Positions 21,378 to 33,300 of a stretch of DNA of 64,000 nt are shown piece after piece. Below the pieces are notes generated by a model that was not told where the DNA came from, searched no databases, and saw only the letters and a program-made list of their open reading frames with translations. Position 1 is the first letter of the stretch. Each line of letters starts with the position of its first letter. This DNA is from Macrostomum lignano. Its lineage: Eukaryota. Made by a program: the position numbers and the translations under genes. Location: contig NIVC01001379.1 of NCBI GenBank assembly GCA_002269645.1, positions 62,001 through 126,000 of the forward strand. Direction: 5' to 3'.

Positions 21378-24300
21378 ATGGGCGAGCTGGAGGCCGCCTA
21401 CGACAGCTTCGTCTCGGCCGGGGACATCGCGCCCTGCCTGGTCGCCTTCAATCGCCTGTGCGAACTGCTGGATTTGAATCCGTGCAGTCCTGACTTCTTC
21501 AGGCACCAGCTGGCTAAGCGGCGAAGCGGCCGGCACTGGCGGGCTGGCCAGCTGTTGTCTGTGCTGCATCAGAAGGCCTCGGCCAAGGACTACGCTAGCG
21601 GGGCCGCGGCCGCCGGCTGTCGGGCCCTGGTGATCGGCGGCGGGCCCTGCGGCCTGCGGACGGCGATCGAGCTGGCCCTGCTGGGTGCCCGAGTCACTGT
21701 GCTGGAGAAACGGGACCGGTTCTCGCGGAACAATGTCCTCCACCTGTGGCCCTTTCTAATTGAAGATTTGAAAGCCCTTGGCGCTAAAAAACTGGCACCG
21801 CATCTGTTTAGCGGGCCGATTGATCACATCAGCATCAAGACTCTGCAGTGCATCCTGCTCAAGATCGCCCTGTTGCTAGGTGTCGATTTTTTACCTGGCG
21901 TCGGCTTTGAAGGCATGGAAGAGGTTCCGCCTTCGGCTCCTGGCGGCGCCAGCATTGAAGACAACGGCGGGTTGCAGGGCTTCCGGTGTCGAGTTGACCC
22001 GCCGGAACATCCGGTTGCGAGGTTTGGGCATTATTGCTCTCGATATGGGCCTTTTTATAGCCTATAGTTAGATCAGATAACCCCTAAGTCACACCCAGAT
22101 AATCTTCTTAAATCTGTCGTGAGAGTCGCCCTAAATCTGCTATTGAGTCGCCCTAAACCTGTTATTGAGAGAGTCGCCCTCAAGATGTTATTGAGAGTCG
22201 CCCTAAACCTGCTATTGAGAGAGTCGCCCTCAAGATGTTATTGAGAGTCGCCCTAAACCTGCTATTGAGAGAGTCGCCCTCAAGATGTAATTGAGAGTCG
22301 CCCTAAACCTGCTATTGAGAGAGTCGCCCTCAAGATGTAATTGAGAGAGTCGCCCTCAAGATGTTATTGAGACTCGCCCTCAAGATTTAATTGAGAGAGT
22401 CGCCCTCAAGATGTTATTGAGACTCGCCCTAAACCTGCTATTGAGAGAGTCGCCCTCAAGATGTTATTGAGACTCGCCCTCAAGATGTTATTGAGACTCG
22501 CCCTCAACCTGTCACTGAGACAGTTGTCATAAAAGTGTAACACTAGACAAGAGAATGGCATTAAATCGGCAATCTTCCAAGCCGTCTCCCGTTTCCCTCC
22601 CACCCAGACTGGAGTTCAACGTCCTGATAGGCGCCGACGGCAAGCGCAACACCCTGCCGGGCTTTCGCCGCAAAGTGTTCCGCGGCAAGCTGGCAATAGC
22701 AATTACGGCTAATTTTATTAAACGAGGAGCCGCCGAAGAATCGCAGGTGCAAGAAATATCGGGCTTTTCATACATCTACAATCAGAAATATTTTAACGAT
22801 CTGCGCCAGGCTACGGGTATTGATTTAGAGAACATCGTGTACTATAGAGACGACACGCACTACTTTGTGATGACGGCCAAGAAGGCGTCTCTCATACACA
22901 AAGGCGTCCTATTGCGCGACTACGACGATCCCAGCCAGCTGCTGTCCCAGCAGAATGTCGATCAGGACAAATTAAAAGCCTACGCTGTTGAGGCGGCCAC
23001 CTACGCTACTGGCGGCGGCTTAGCCAATATGGAATTCGCTGCCAATCACTGCGGCTCCGAGGACGTTGCCATGTTCGACTTTACCGAACTCTGCTCGGCC
23101 GAAAACTCTTGCCGAATTGTACACCGTCGAGGTCAAAGCGCCATCGTCTGCCTCGTTGGCGACTCGCTGTTGGAGCCGTTCTGGCCAACTGGCTCGGGCT
23201 GCGCCAGAGGCTTCTTAGGCGCGCTGGACTGCGCCTGGCTGGTCAAGCAGTTCTGCAGCGGCCGGTGCAGCGTACTGGAAGCCATAGCCGAACGGGAAAG
23301 CGTCTATCAGCTGTTGTCGCAGACAACTCCCGAGACTGTTAGTCAGAAGTTTGATGATTTCGGCATTAATCCGTCTAGTCGATATCCGGCTTATAATAAG
23401 CTGAGCGGATTAAAGCCAGATCAGGTTAGTGCCTGGTGGAGTACCGGTCAACTGAGATTACCTGTTCAACTAGGATATCTGTTCACCCGGGATACCTGTT
23501 CAATTGGGATGCCTGTTCAATTGGGATGCCTGTTCAAATGGGATGCCTCTTCAAATGGGATACCTGTTCAACTGAGATGCCTGTTCAACTGGGATACCTG
23601 TTCAACTGGGATACCTGTTCAACTGGGATACCTGTTCAACTGAGATGCCTGTTCAACTGGGATACCTGTTCAACTGGGATACCTGTTCAACTGGGATACC
23701 TGTTCAACTGGGATACCTGTTCAACTGAGATGCCTGTTCAAATGGGATACCTGTTCAACTGGGATACCTGTTCAACTGAGATGCCTGTTCAACTGGGATA
23801 CCTGTTCAACTGGGATACCTGTTCAACTGGGATACCTGTTCAACTGGGATACCTGTTCAACTGGGATACCTGTTCAACTGGGATACCTGTTCAACTGGGA
23901 TACCTGTTCAACTGGGATACCTGTTCAACTGGGATACCTGTTCAACTGAGATGCCTGTTCAAATGGGATACCTGTTCAACTGGGATAGCCGTTTAACTGG
24001 GATACCTGTTCAACTGGGATACCTGTTCAACTGGGATACCTGTTCAAATGGGATACCTGTTTAACTGGGATACCTGTTTAACTGGGATACCTGTTTAACT
24101 GCGATACCTGTTTAACTGCGATACCTGTTTAACTGGGATACCTGTTTAACTGAGATGCCTGTTCAACTGGGATAGCCGTTTAACTGGGATACCTGTTCAA
24201 CTGGGATAGCCGTTTAACTGGGATACCTGTTCAACTGGGATACCTGTTCAACTGGGATACCTGTTCAAATGGGATACCTGTTTAACTGGGATACCTGTTT

Positions 24301-27300
24301 AACTGGGATACCTGTTTACCTGGGCACTCCTTTCTAACTAGGAGACCAGTTCACCTAAGACACCTGTAATGTCACGTCTCTTATGATACTTTGAGAGATA
24401 CCTGGGCATGAGGAGCGGTTCCTGTGCACCTTAGTTTTTTTTTCACAGATAAAAAAATTTCAGTTCTCAATGTACTTATCCACTTGCGCCTGATTCACAA
24501 TTTCAGGTCAGACACCTATTTGATAGCGACGTGCCCGAGTTGGGCGACAAAGCGCCAGTGAAGTTTCCCTATCGCGATGTGGACCAGCCTTACGAACAGG
24601 AGCGCGCATTCCTGCGCTGGCTGCAGACCCGGCTGAGTCGGTACGGCCAGACTCTGGATGCTGTGGACGATGTTGAGCCTAAACAGGTGCAGTTTATGAT
24701 TTGCTAATTCAGTTCAGTCAGACTAATTAGAATGCTTAAATAGACACAGTGTATCTAAAGTATATAAAAGTACACGTGTACTCTAGCCTCTGCATGATCT
24801 CCATTTCCAGGTGCTGTGCATCCTGAACACCTACCTGCCCAACGCTATTCACAATCCCGACATGGCTGTCGGCTCCGACCAAGCCATGGAATTGGCCCGC
24901 ACGGTGGTCCGCGCCGAGGTGGAGCCCCGCGCCGGCGCGTCTGTGTTGGTGCCGGAACTCTGGTATCCGCTGTCCGCCGCCCGCTACCTGTACCAGGTGT
25001 TCCAGCACAGCCCGTCCCAGCATCATCACCGACATTCGTCCGGCGATAAGTCCAGCTCGGGCGGAGGCGGCGGCGGCGGCGGTTCGAAGTCGTTCAGCTC
25101 GCACTTCCCCGGCCTGCACGCCCTGTTGAAGCATCGGCGAAAGGACCGGCACCAGACTGCGGCGGCGGCGGCGGCCCGCAACGAGGATCCTCTGGCCAAG
25201 ACCGTCATCGACAGCGGGGCCACGTCGGCTAAACGACGCGAGCTCGAGCGACTGTTGAAGTCCGGCAGCGGCGCCGGCCAACAGGAGCGGTCGGCGGCTC
25301 CAGCCAAGCAGCCAGCATCGGCCATGGTGGCGCACCTGCAGGAGAAACTGTTCCCGCCAAAGAAATCCTCGGCCGAGAAGGCTGCCGCCGCTGTCGCAGC
25401 CGCCACCGCGGCAGAGTCGGAGGCATCGGGCAACAGGCAGCCCGGCAAGGTGGCGCCCAGCCCGCAGATTGTCCAATTCCTGTCGTCAAGCGGCGCGGGA
25501 ACGTCAGCCGGTCAGCAGCAGCAGCCAACGCCGAAGCGGCTGGACGCGAGCCATCCTGGCGTGGAGAAGCTGTCGAAGATGTCAGCTGCGGGCGCCGGCA
25601 GCGGTCAGGCAGGCTTGGAGAAATGCTTCTTCTGCGATACCACGGTGTACGCAGCCGAACGTCGGTCAGTGAACAACGACGTGTTTCACATGCGCTGCTT
25701 CCGCTGTCAGTACCCCGGCTGCGGCACCGCTCTGCGCATGTCCGCCTTCGCCCGCGACCCGGAGACTCGCCGCTTCTTGTGCCCGTCGCACCACGCCGAG
25801 GTCCTGGCCGACCTGGAGACTCGCAGCATCGTCATGCGCTGGCTCGAGGCGCACCATGGCGGAGGCGGACTCGGTGAGGAAGGCCTGGCGGCCAAAGCCG
25901 GTCACCTGTACCTGAGCCCTGACGAAGCTGACGGTCTGATGTCAGCTCCTGGCGCGGCCGCGGCGCCGATGTCGCCATCGTCGGTCACGTCGGCCTCAGT
26001 CAGCTCGCAGCCCAGTGGGGTGACCCGAGAGCGGGCGAATTTCACTTGCACGCCAAGATCAAAGAAGCCGCAGCAGCCGCCGCAGCAGTCGAAGCAGCAG
26101 GCGCCAAAGTCGCCGAGCGCTGCCGCCGGTGGTGGAGGCGGAGACGGCAATCCGCTTGGCTTCGCGGAGGACCAAGTCGAGAAGGTGGTGCTGCGCGGCT
26201 CCGAGAGCTCCGAGGAGGGCGCCTCTAAGAAGGACCGGCGTCGGTTGAGCGGCGGCGCCGCGGCGCGTCAGCATCGCCGGCATCATCACCCGCTGTCCGA
26301 GGAGGCCACTTCGTCATCGCATGGCCAGCTGGGGCCCGCCGATTTCAGGTAGGAAAATTTGTGACTGGGGCCTTGTCTTCTCCATGCCGTGCTTGACTAT
26401 GTTAATAGGAAATACCTAATGCGAATCACCCTCTCACCCTCTTCTCATCCCTTTCACTAACCCTCTTCTCATCCCTTTCACTCTCACCCTCTTCTCATCC
26501 CTTTAACTCTCAGCCTCTTCTCATCCCTTTAACTCTCACCCTCTTCTCATCCCTTTCACTCTCACCCTCTTCTCATCCCTTTCACTCACCCTCTTCTCAT
26601 CCCTTTCACTCTCAGCCTCTTCTCATCCCTTTAACTCTCACCCTCTTCTCATCCCTTTCACTCTCACCCTCTTCTCATCCCTTTCACTCTCACCCTCTTC
26701 TCATCCCTTTCACTCTCAGCCTCTTCTCATCCCTTTCACTCTCACCCTCTTCTCATCCCTTCACTCTCACCCTCTTCTCATCCCTTCGCTCTCACCCTCT
26801 TCTCGTCCCTTTCACTCTCAGCCTCTTCTCATCCCTTTCACTCTCAGCCTCTTCTCATCCCTTTCACTCTCAGCCTCTTCTCATCCCTTTCACTCTCAGC
26901 CTCTTCTCATCCCTTTCACTCTCAGCCTCTTCTCATCCCTTTCACTCTCAGCCTCTTCTCATCCCTTTCACTCTCAGCCTCTTCTCATCCCTTTCACTCT
27001 CACCCTCTTCTCGTCCCTTTCACTCTCAGCCTCTTCTCATCCCTTTCACTCTCAGCCTCTTCTCATCCCTTTCACTCTCACCCTCTTCTCATCCCTTTCA
27101 CTCTCAGCCTCTTCTCATCCATTTCACTCTCATCCTCTTCTCATCCCTTCACTCTCAGCCTCTTCTCATCCCTTCACTCTCACCCTCGTCTCCTCCCTTT
27201 CACTCTCACTATTTTCTCTCTCCTTGACTCCAATGGATGGGCTCTGCCCTGATTGCTGTTATTATTACTCCAAATAATTAAATCAATGGTAAAGTGACTA

Positions 27301-30300
27301 TAAGAATTAGTAAACTTTGATTCTCACCTGCACTATGTATATAATTTATCATGTTTATTGCAAAATAATCAGACTAATGTTATTGCAATACATTGATGAC
27401 AAACGATGCTGATTCTGCATGCCTCAAAGCTTCAGAATTCCCTAATTCTATGTATAGCTATGATATGCATCAGTGCTTCCATAGCTTTGATGCCGGTGCC
27501 ACCAAACTGATTTCATTCTCTCAAGGCCTCTGAAACTACTCTTTCTCTCTCTTATCAGTATTCCCTGAACTTTCTGTCCGGCCGAATCTTCTATTCCCCG
27601 CCCACTTCTTCATCTCTCTGACCGAGGGACTAAATTTGCCTTATTCGTTTTTCGATGCTCTCAGACAGATCAGACTGAATTCCTCTTTCTTAGAATTTGC
27701 CCTACTTCCCTTCCGCCGACTTCCTTCCCTGCCTCCTGTTAGTCTCCTGCCCGTTTTGTCGTCAGTGCGTTTTCTTTTTCTCTATGATCCTCTCTATTCG
27801 TATCAAAGTTTATAGTAACCACGGGTAGGCCCATAGACATTCTAGGTCTTTTCAAGCCCATTTAGTTTGAAAACTATCGAGCCTATTGAGCCTGGGAGCA
27901 TCGAGCTTTTTGAAGATCCATGGCTTTTCATTGTCTATGACCCAAAAAGGGTGTTTTGTAGGTGCGACTTAAAGAGAAAGGCCATAGCGTAGGCAATGGA
28001 AGGCAAGTCTTTAATAGCTCGATTTCTCCCACTAAAATTGACCCAACACGATTAAAATAATCATTGTAATTATACTTTTACCCAGACGCAATGAAAAAAT
28101 ATTTTGGCCATTATTCCACAGTTTTGATGTGTACCATAGACATTTAGATTGAAAAAATCCATCGCTCAGTATTTTTGTTAATAAATACAGAACAACAAGA
28201 AGTAAATGAACAAAAAGGAAAAATCATTAAAACTAAAGTACCAGCTACACGAAAAGAGTTAATAATAAATGTCACAGCTAGTGCAGTTTATCAGTTTGTA
28301 GTCGAAATTTGACAATGTAAAAATCAATTTGTCACCCAAAGTGAAACATGCACAGTTCTCAAAGCCGCAGTTTCCAAAGATGCTCGACACTTTAGCCTGA
28401 TGATTTGGCACTGCAAAAGGAGTTGGTCTATTTTGAATGTTTTCTATGAAAGAGAAATACAGGTGCTCAAGTATAGTTGCCGAACTTACCATTTGAAAGA
28501 TGCACGTCTTGGTTAAGTTGGCATGCGACTGATGAGCTTCGTCTGATGAGCTTCTTTGGTACCGCAGTATCCAAGCTGGGATTCTTTGGGACTGTCGGCT
28601 GCTTGACTGAATCGATTGGCCGCTTTCAGGCATCGTTTATAGCCGTCGAGGCGTTGAAGACTGCATGGTCGCGTTTTCTTCCTAGGTAGCGGTGCAGTGC
28701 GGTAGCGCCGCACGGTTCGTTCAGTCGTCGACAGGAAGATTTTTTTCAATTAATAAGCGCGGCTGTTTGACGAGATGCACTATAGCCATAGTTGTTTGAC
28801 AAGACAAATAGCTTTTTCTCCCACTACTCGCTTTCCTGATTTCTTGCAAGACGCAAACGAAATCAGCACTCATCACAGTGTTGTCTATGGTCAATCTAAG
28901 CCACACAACTCAGTCGTCTATGGGTAAAACAACTCTTAAAACAGCCAATTGAAGCATGATAAAAAGTGTGGAATAATGACAGCGACAAAAGTGTGGAATA
29001 ATGAGTGAGCGCTGAGTATAAGTATAAATACAATGCACTTGTATAGTATGCAACTTCGTTGAATAATGGCCATAGACACTCGTGCGCTATGCGCACTCGA
29101 GTTTTGGCCATTATTCAAATCAGTTGCATACTACACAATCTACCATTGTTTCATTTTTCAATGGAATTATAATAATGCCAAACGGCTCTAAACAGATTTG
29201 TGCATGTATCCTCGATTTTTAAAAGAATTTGTTTATTTAACTATCTATGGTATTATCAAGATTAACCTCTCCCAAACCATTTTTACCTACCACAGCGTTG
29301 GAGAAAGCGACGGATTTCTTGGGTAATTTGTTCGTTCTGCTTTGTTTTGCTTTTGCTGTGTTGACTTTTAGTCACAGTTTACTGATAGTACGAGTACTTT
29401 ATTTGTTGCTTTGCTAGCTAGTTATCTAAACCAACTCTTTGTATTATTGTGCTTCTGTTTTGTAGAACGACTTGCATTTCCAGCATAAATTTCCATTTAG
29501 AATTTTGTTTTAAAGGTTTTCTTTAACTAGTCAATCTTTGTGAGATATACCTGCCCAAATGGGATGCTATGAGATTTCCTTCTGAAACTATTTGTTGTGC
29601 TTTTTTTCACTACTTGCGCGATTTAAACAAAAAGTAGTACCTGAAATATTTGAGCATAATTTAATCAAACATTGGCTATCAGTTACTTTGTGGTTTGATC
29701 AGGTCAAGTGAGGTTCAGGCAACAGGTCAAGTGAGGTTGAGGCAACAGGTCAAGTGAGGTTCAGGCAACAGGTCAAGTGAGGTTGAGGCAACAGGTCAAG
29801 TGAGGTTCAGGCAACAGGTCAAGTGAGGTTCAGGCAACAGGTCAAGTGAGGTTCAGGCAACAGGTCAAGTGAGGTTCAGGCAACAGGTCAAGTGAGGTTC
29901 AGGCAACAGGTCAAGTGAGGTTCAGGCAACAGGTCAAGTGAGGTTCAGGCAACAGGTCAAGTGAGGTTCAGGCAACAGGTCAAGTGAGGTTCAGGCAACA
30001 GGTCAAGTGAGGTTCAGGCAACAGGTCAAGTGAGGTTCAGGCAACAGGTCAAGTGAGGTTCAGGCAACAGGTCAAGTGAGGTTCAGGCAACAGGTCAAGT
30101 GAGGTTCAGGCAACAGGTCAAGTGAGGTTCAGGCAATGGGTCAAGTGAGGTTCAGGCAACAGGTCAAGTGAGGTTCAGGCAACAGGTCAAGTGAGGTTCA
30201 GGAAACAGGTCAAGTGAGGTTCAGGCAATGGGTCAAGTGAGGTTCAGGCAACGAGTCAAGTGAGGTTCAGGCAACAGGTCAAGTGAGGTTCAGGCAACAG

Positions 30301-33300
30301 GTCAAGTAAGGTTCAGGCAATGGGTCAAGTGAGGTTCAGGCAACAGGTCAAGTGAAGTTGAGGCAACAGGTCAAGTGAGGTTCAGGCAACATGTCAAGTG
30401 AGGTTCAGGAAACAGGTCAAGTGAGGTTGAGGCAATGGGTCAAGTGAGGTTCAGGCAACAGGTCAAGTGAGGTTCAGGCAACAGGTCAAGTGAGGTTCAG
30501 GCAACAGGTCAAGTGAGGTTCAGGCAACGAGTCAAGTGAGGTTCAGGCAACAGGTCAAGTGAAGTTCAGGCAACAGGTCAAGTGAGGTTCAGGCAACAGG
30601 TCAAGTGAGGTTCAGGCAACAGGTCAAGTGAGGTTCAGGCAATGGGTCAAGTGAGGTTCAGGCAACAGGTCAAGTGAGGTTCAGGCAACAGGTCAAGTGA
30701 GGTTCAGGCAATGGGTCAAGTGAGGTTCAGGCAACAGGTCAAGTGAGGTTCAGGCAACAGGTCAAGTGAGGTTCAGGCAACAGGTCGAGTGAGGTTGAGG
30801 CAATGGGTCAAGTGAGGTTCAGGCAACAGGTCAAGTGAGGTTCAGGCAACAGGTCGAGTGAGGTTGAGGCAACAGGTCAAGTAAGGCTTATCCGGCATAC
30901 TAAAACCAAATTATCACGTCTTGGCTAGTCTGGGAAAATTTATAACCCTTCGCTCCGCCGTCAGATCTGATGAGGCCAGCTCGTGCGAAGAGGACTTTGA
31001 AGCGGCCGCGGCTGCCGCAGGCCTGGGCGACTCGGAGGACAGGGACAACGTATTCGCCATGGACGCCGCCAAGGAGCTGCAGATTCGCGCCCTGATGGAG
31101 GCGCGCCTATTGAAGAGGCCGAAAAAGTCTGATCGCCAGGTTCGGGAGGATAACCAGTCCACCAGCTCGTCTGAGGCCGCCGCTGCCGCCGCTGTTGCCG
31201 CGGTGAAAACCGAGCAAGATGAAGCTCGAGTCAAACTGCTCCAAGCCATGGAGATCACCAGACGGTGGAATCAGACTGCGCCGGAGCCGTCCGGCGAGTC
31301 CCTCAACGCCGCCGCCGTCGCCGCCGCCGCAGCCGCCGCAACCGCCACCGCCACCGCCGCCGCTCCTCCGACCGCCTCGGCCGGCTACGACACTTTGAAA
31401 CGATTGCGCAAAATGAAGGAGTCGTTTTTCTCGCAGGAGAGCAAAGGACTGTCATTGCATACGCAGTTTATTGCGCAGCGGAATTTGCAGATGCTGCGCA
31501 ACTCCGAGGTTGACGACATGCCGCAGGAAGTGGCCGGTGAGATGGCGCTTATTTGTTATTAAGAGGGGCTGTCGCGTGTTATTGCAGTAGTCATACTGTG
31601 ACTCACATTATCTTGGAGTGACTCAGATTGATTTTATTGGCATGATCATTAAGTGACTCAAATTATATTAACATGATCATAGAGTGACTCATTATATTTA
31701 CATGATCATAGAGTAACTTATTATATTGGCCTGTTCAGAGTGAATAACATTTTATTGACATGATCATAGAGTGACTCACATTATATTGACATGATCATAG
31801 AGTGACTCACATTATATTGACATGATCATAGAGTGACTCACGTTATATTGACATGATCATAGAGTGACTCACATTATATTGACATGATCATAGAGTGACT
31901 CACATTATATTGACATGATCATAGAGTGACTCACGTTATATTGACATGATCATAGAGTGACTCACATTATATTGACATGATCATAGAGTGACTCAAATTA
32001 TATTGACATGATCATAGAGTGACTCACGTTATATTGACATGATCATAGAGTGACTCACATTATATTGACATGATCATAGAGTGACTCACATTATATTGAC
32101 ATGATCATAGAGGGACTCACGTTATATTGACATGATCATAGAGTGACTCAAATTATATTGACATGATCAAGACTCACATTATATTGACATGATCATAGAG
32201 TGACTCACATTATATTGACATGATCATAGAGTGACTCACATTATATTGACATGATCAAGACTCACATGTTATTAAATGATCATGAAGTGACTTATTTTAT
32301 ACTGATAAAGTAACAGAGTAGCTCGGTACTATAGTAGGATGACTCATAGGCTCGATCTTATGTTCGGTGGCTCATTTGAAAGCTACTATTCAAAGATTTA
32401 AGAGCTGTGAGCAAGCAGGCTACAAATAAACTTGTTGATGATGAGTTACAGCGCCAGTATATCCCATCAAAAGTGCAAGTTAGACGGGCACTATATAGCA
32501 GAGCACAAGCCCCTGGAACACTATAAGCTAAACGGGTGGCTCTGCAATGCATAGTCAGGGGAGTCAATCTAGAAGGTCGCGCAGGCCGCTTCGATGCCAA
32601 CGGAGTCGCAGAAACCTTCTCATAGTAAGATAGAAGCAGAGGCAGTTTCTCTTTTCAAGAATTTTTAGTCCGCGCAACTGCGACTTGACTTTCCTTCTTC
32701 TCTTCGTATCATCGCCCCCCCCCCTCTGATCCAGAGAGTCGCCACCTCATTTCAGAGCCCCGCCTCAGCCCCCCCACCCCGATCCGCTCCCTCATTCTCT
32801 CCTCCCGTCCGTTCTCCGCTCTCTCCTTTCGGCGGCTTCACTCTCCGGGGTTTTGACTAGCTTTCGCGTTTTTTTTCGGTTGGCGTGCTCGCGCGATAGG
32901 CCCTGTAAAGTGCAAAAGTCTGTGGCTCTGGGATAGCGGCTGGGGTTGGTTAGACTTCCCCTTATCCCGTGATTATTCTATGCGATCCTTTATGGCCGGA
33001 TAGTCTCAATTTCTACTCCTCCGGCCTTGGCCTCTCTCATCTCTTATTCAAGTCTCCCTGACGCCAGTCAATCATTTTGTTTGACCTGCCAGTTTCATTT
33101 GACTGCAGATTTGCTCAGCAATTTCTCTGAAACTATTGTTGTTATTATATTTCTGGGGCTGCGCTTTCTGATTCTTGGACTGGACTGGGATGTCAGCTTC
33201 TCCAATCATTCAGGTTGGGCCAGCCTCCCAGATCCTCAGTTGCTGGGCCAGCCTCCCAGATCCTCAGTTGCTGGGCCAGCCTCCCAGACCCCCAGTTGCT

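Noticed and set aside
28525-28610. Two CTGATGAG motifs suggesting a hammerhead ribozyme
   Set aside because: It is a 14-bp local duplication, and no GAAA follows a stem II.
27830-28924. CCCATAGAC/GTCTATGGG as TIRs of a separate MITE
   Set aside because: Only a 9-bp match with no TSD. It is folded into the low-confidence 28106-29118 call.
32396-32526. Possible extra MICAL exon (DLRAVSKQATNKL..)
   Set aside because: No phase-compatible donor before the stop, and it is not needed for the model.
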